NCBI GenBank assembly: GCA_035650735.1
Contig: DASRGZ010000223.1
Coordinates: forward strand, 1-35,601
Direction of reading: 5' to 3'
Length of the DNA: 35,601 nucleotides
Source of the DNA: Chthonomonadaceae bacterium
GTDB lineage: Bacteria > Armatimonadota > Chthonomonadetes > Chthonomonadales > Chthonomonadaceae
Shown here: positions 35,410 through 35,601 of the stretch, in pieces
How the letters are laid out: the number at the start of each line of letters is the position of its first letter
Position numbering within the stretch: the first letter of the stretch is position 1
The notes under the pieces: model-generated
What the model was told of the DNA's origin: nothing
The model's database searches: none
What the model saw: only the letters and a program-made list of their open reading frames with translations
Translations under genes and position numbers: made by a program

Positions 35410-35574
35410 TCAACTCTCTATGGGTACACTACCGGCAGCCATACCAGCAACAAAGTGCTTAAAATAGGCCGTTATAGTAGGGCAGTTTCACTGCCGTACA
35501 CTTTTTGGAAGGAGGGCGTAGAGGTTGCCGCATTGGGTACTCTAGTGCTTACCACAGACACTGGAGAACCTAAA

Positions 35575-35601
35575 ATGAGCGACAACCTCACCCGTTATTG
35601 T
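35575..35601 (+). CDS. Possible start of a gene running out of the window
   Basis: GGAG at 35563-35566, ATG at 35575, and the frame stays open (MSDNLTRYC) to the window edge. Confidence 0.3.

Noticed and set aside
35410..35490. In-frame TGA codons upstream of the NACHT remnant as recoding (Sec/Trp)
   Set aside because: Other genes in the window use TGA as a normal stop, the read-through peptide shows no recognisable motif, and a TAG occurs further upstream. Decay is the simpler explanation.

Overview
A GC-rich bacterial chromosomal segment with about 32 mostly housekeeping or envelope genes. They include htpX, the asd-dapA-rnj-gmhA-gmhB run, mug, a Tat-exported GH76, a DUF1559-type prepilin-like gene, wzm/wzt, recO, a PAP-phosphatase/sulfotransferase/GT2/GT87 cluster, dinB-like and a UvrD/PcrA helicase. 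The gene repertoire suggests Armatimonadota, but this is inference only. I found no rRNA, tRNA, cas gene or intact transposase. The most unusual signal is a layered set of small non-coding repeats. (A) About 15 full or partial CCCTCACCCC/CCCCTCTCCC...GGGAGAGGGG hairpins. (C) A modular element beginning CACTGC(C/T)AGGG whose five copies all sit inside the stem of an A hairpin, each with a different module order. (D) A GTAG-capped REP-like fold-back element that itself carries A hairpins. There is also an 82-bp IS1-like MITE with an 8-bp target duplication inside D, and two ACAGGAT-based inverted-repeat elements bracketing dapA. An A-type composite is translated in frame as about 70 extra residues inside the helicase. 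Two gene scars are visible: a decayed mug paralogue next to a CHAT-like C-terminal remnant, and a NACHT gene apparently deleted from Walker B to its last HEAT-like repeat. All assignments come from motif reading by eye; no database searches were run.
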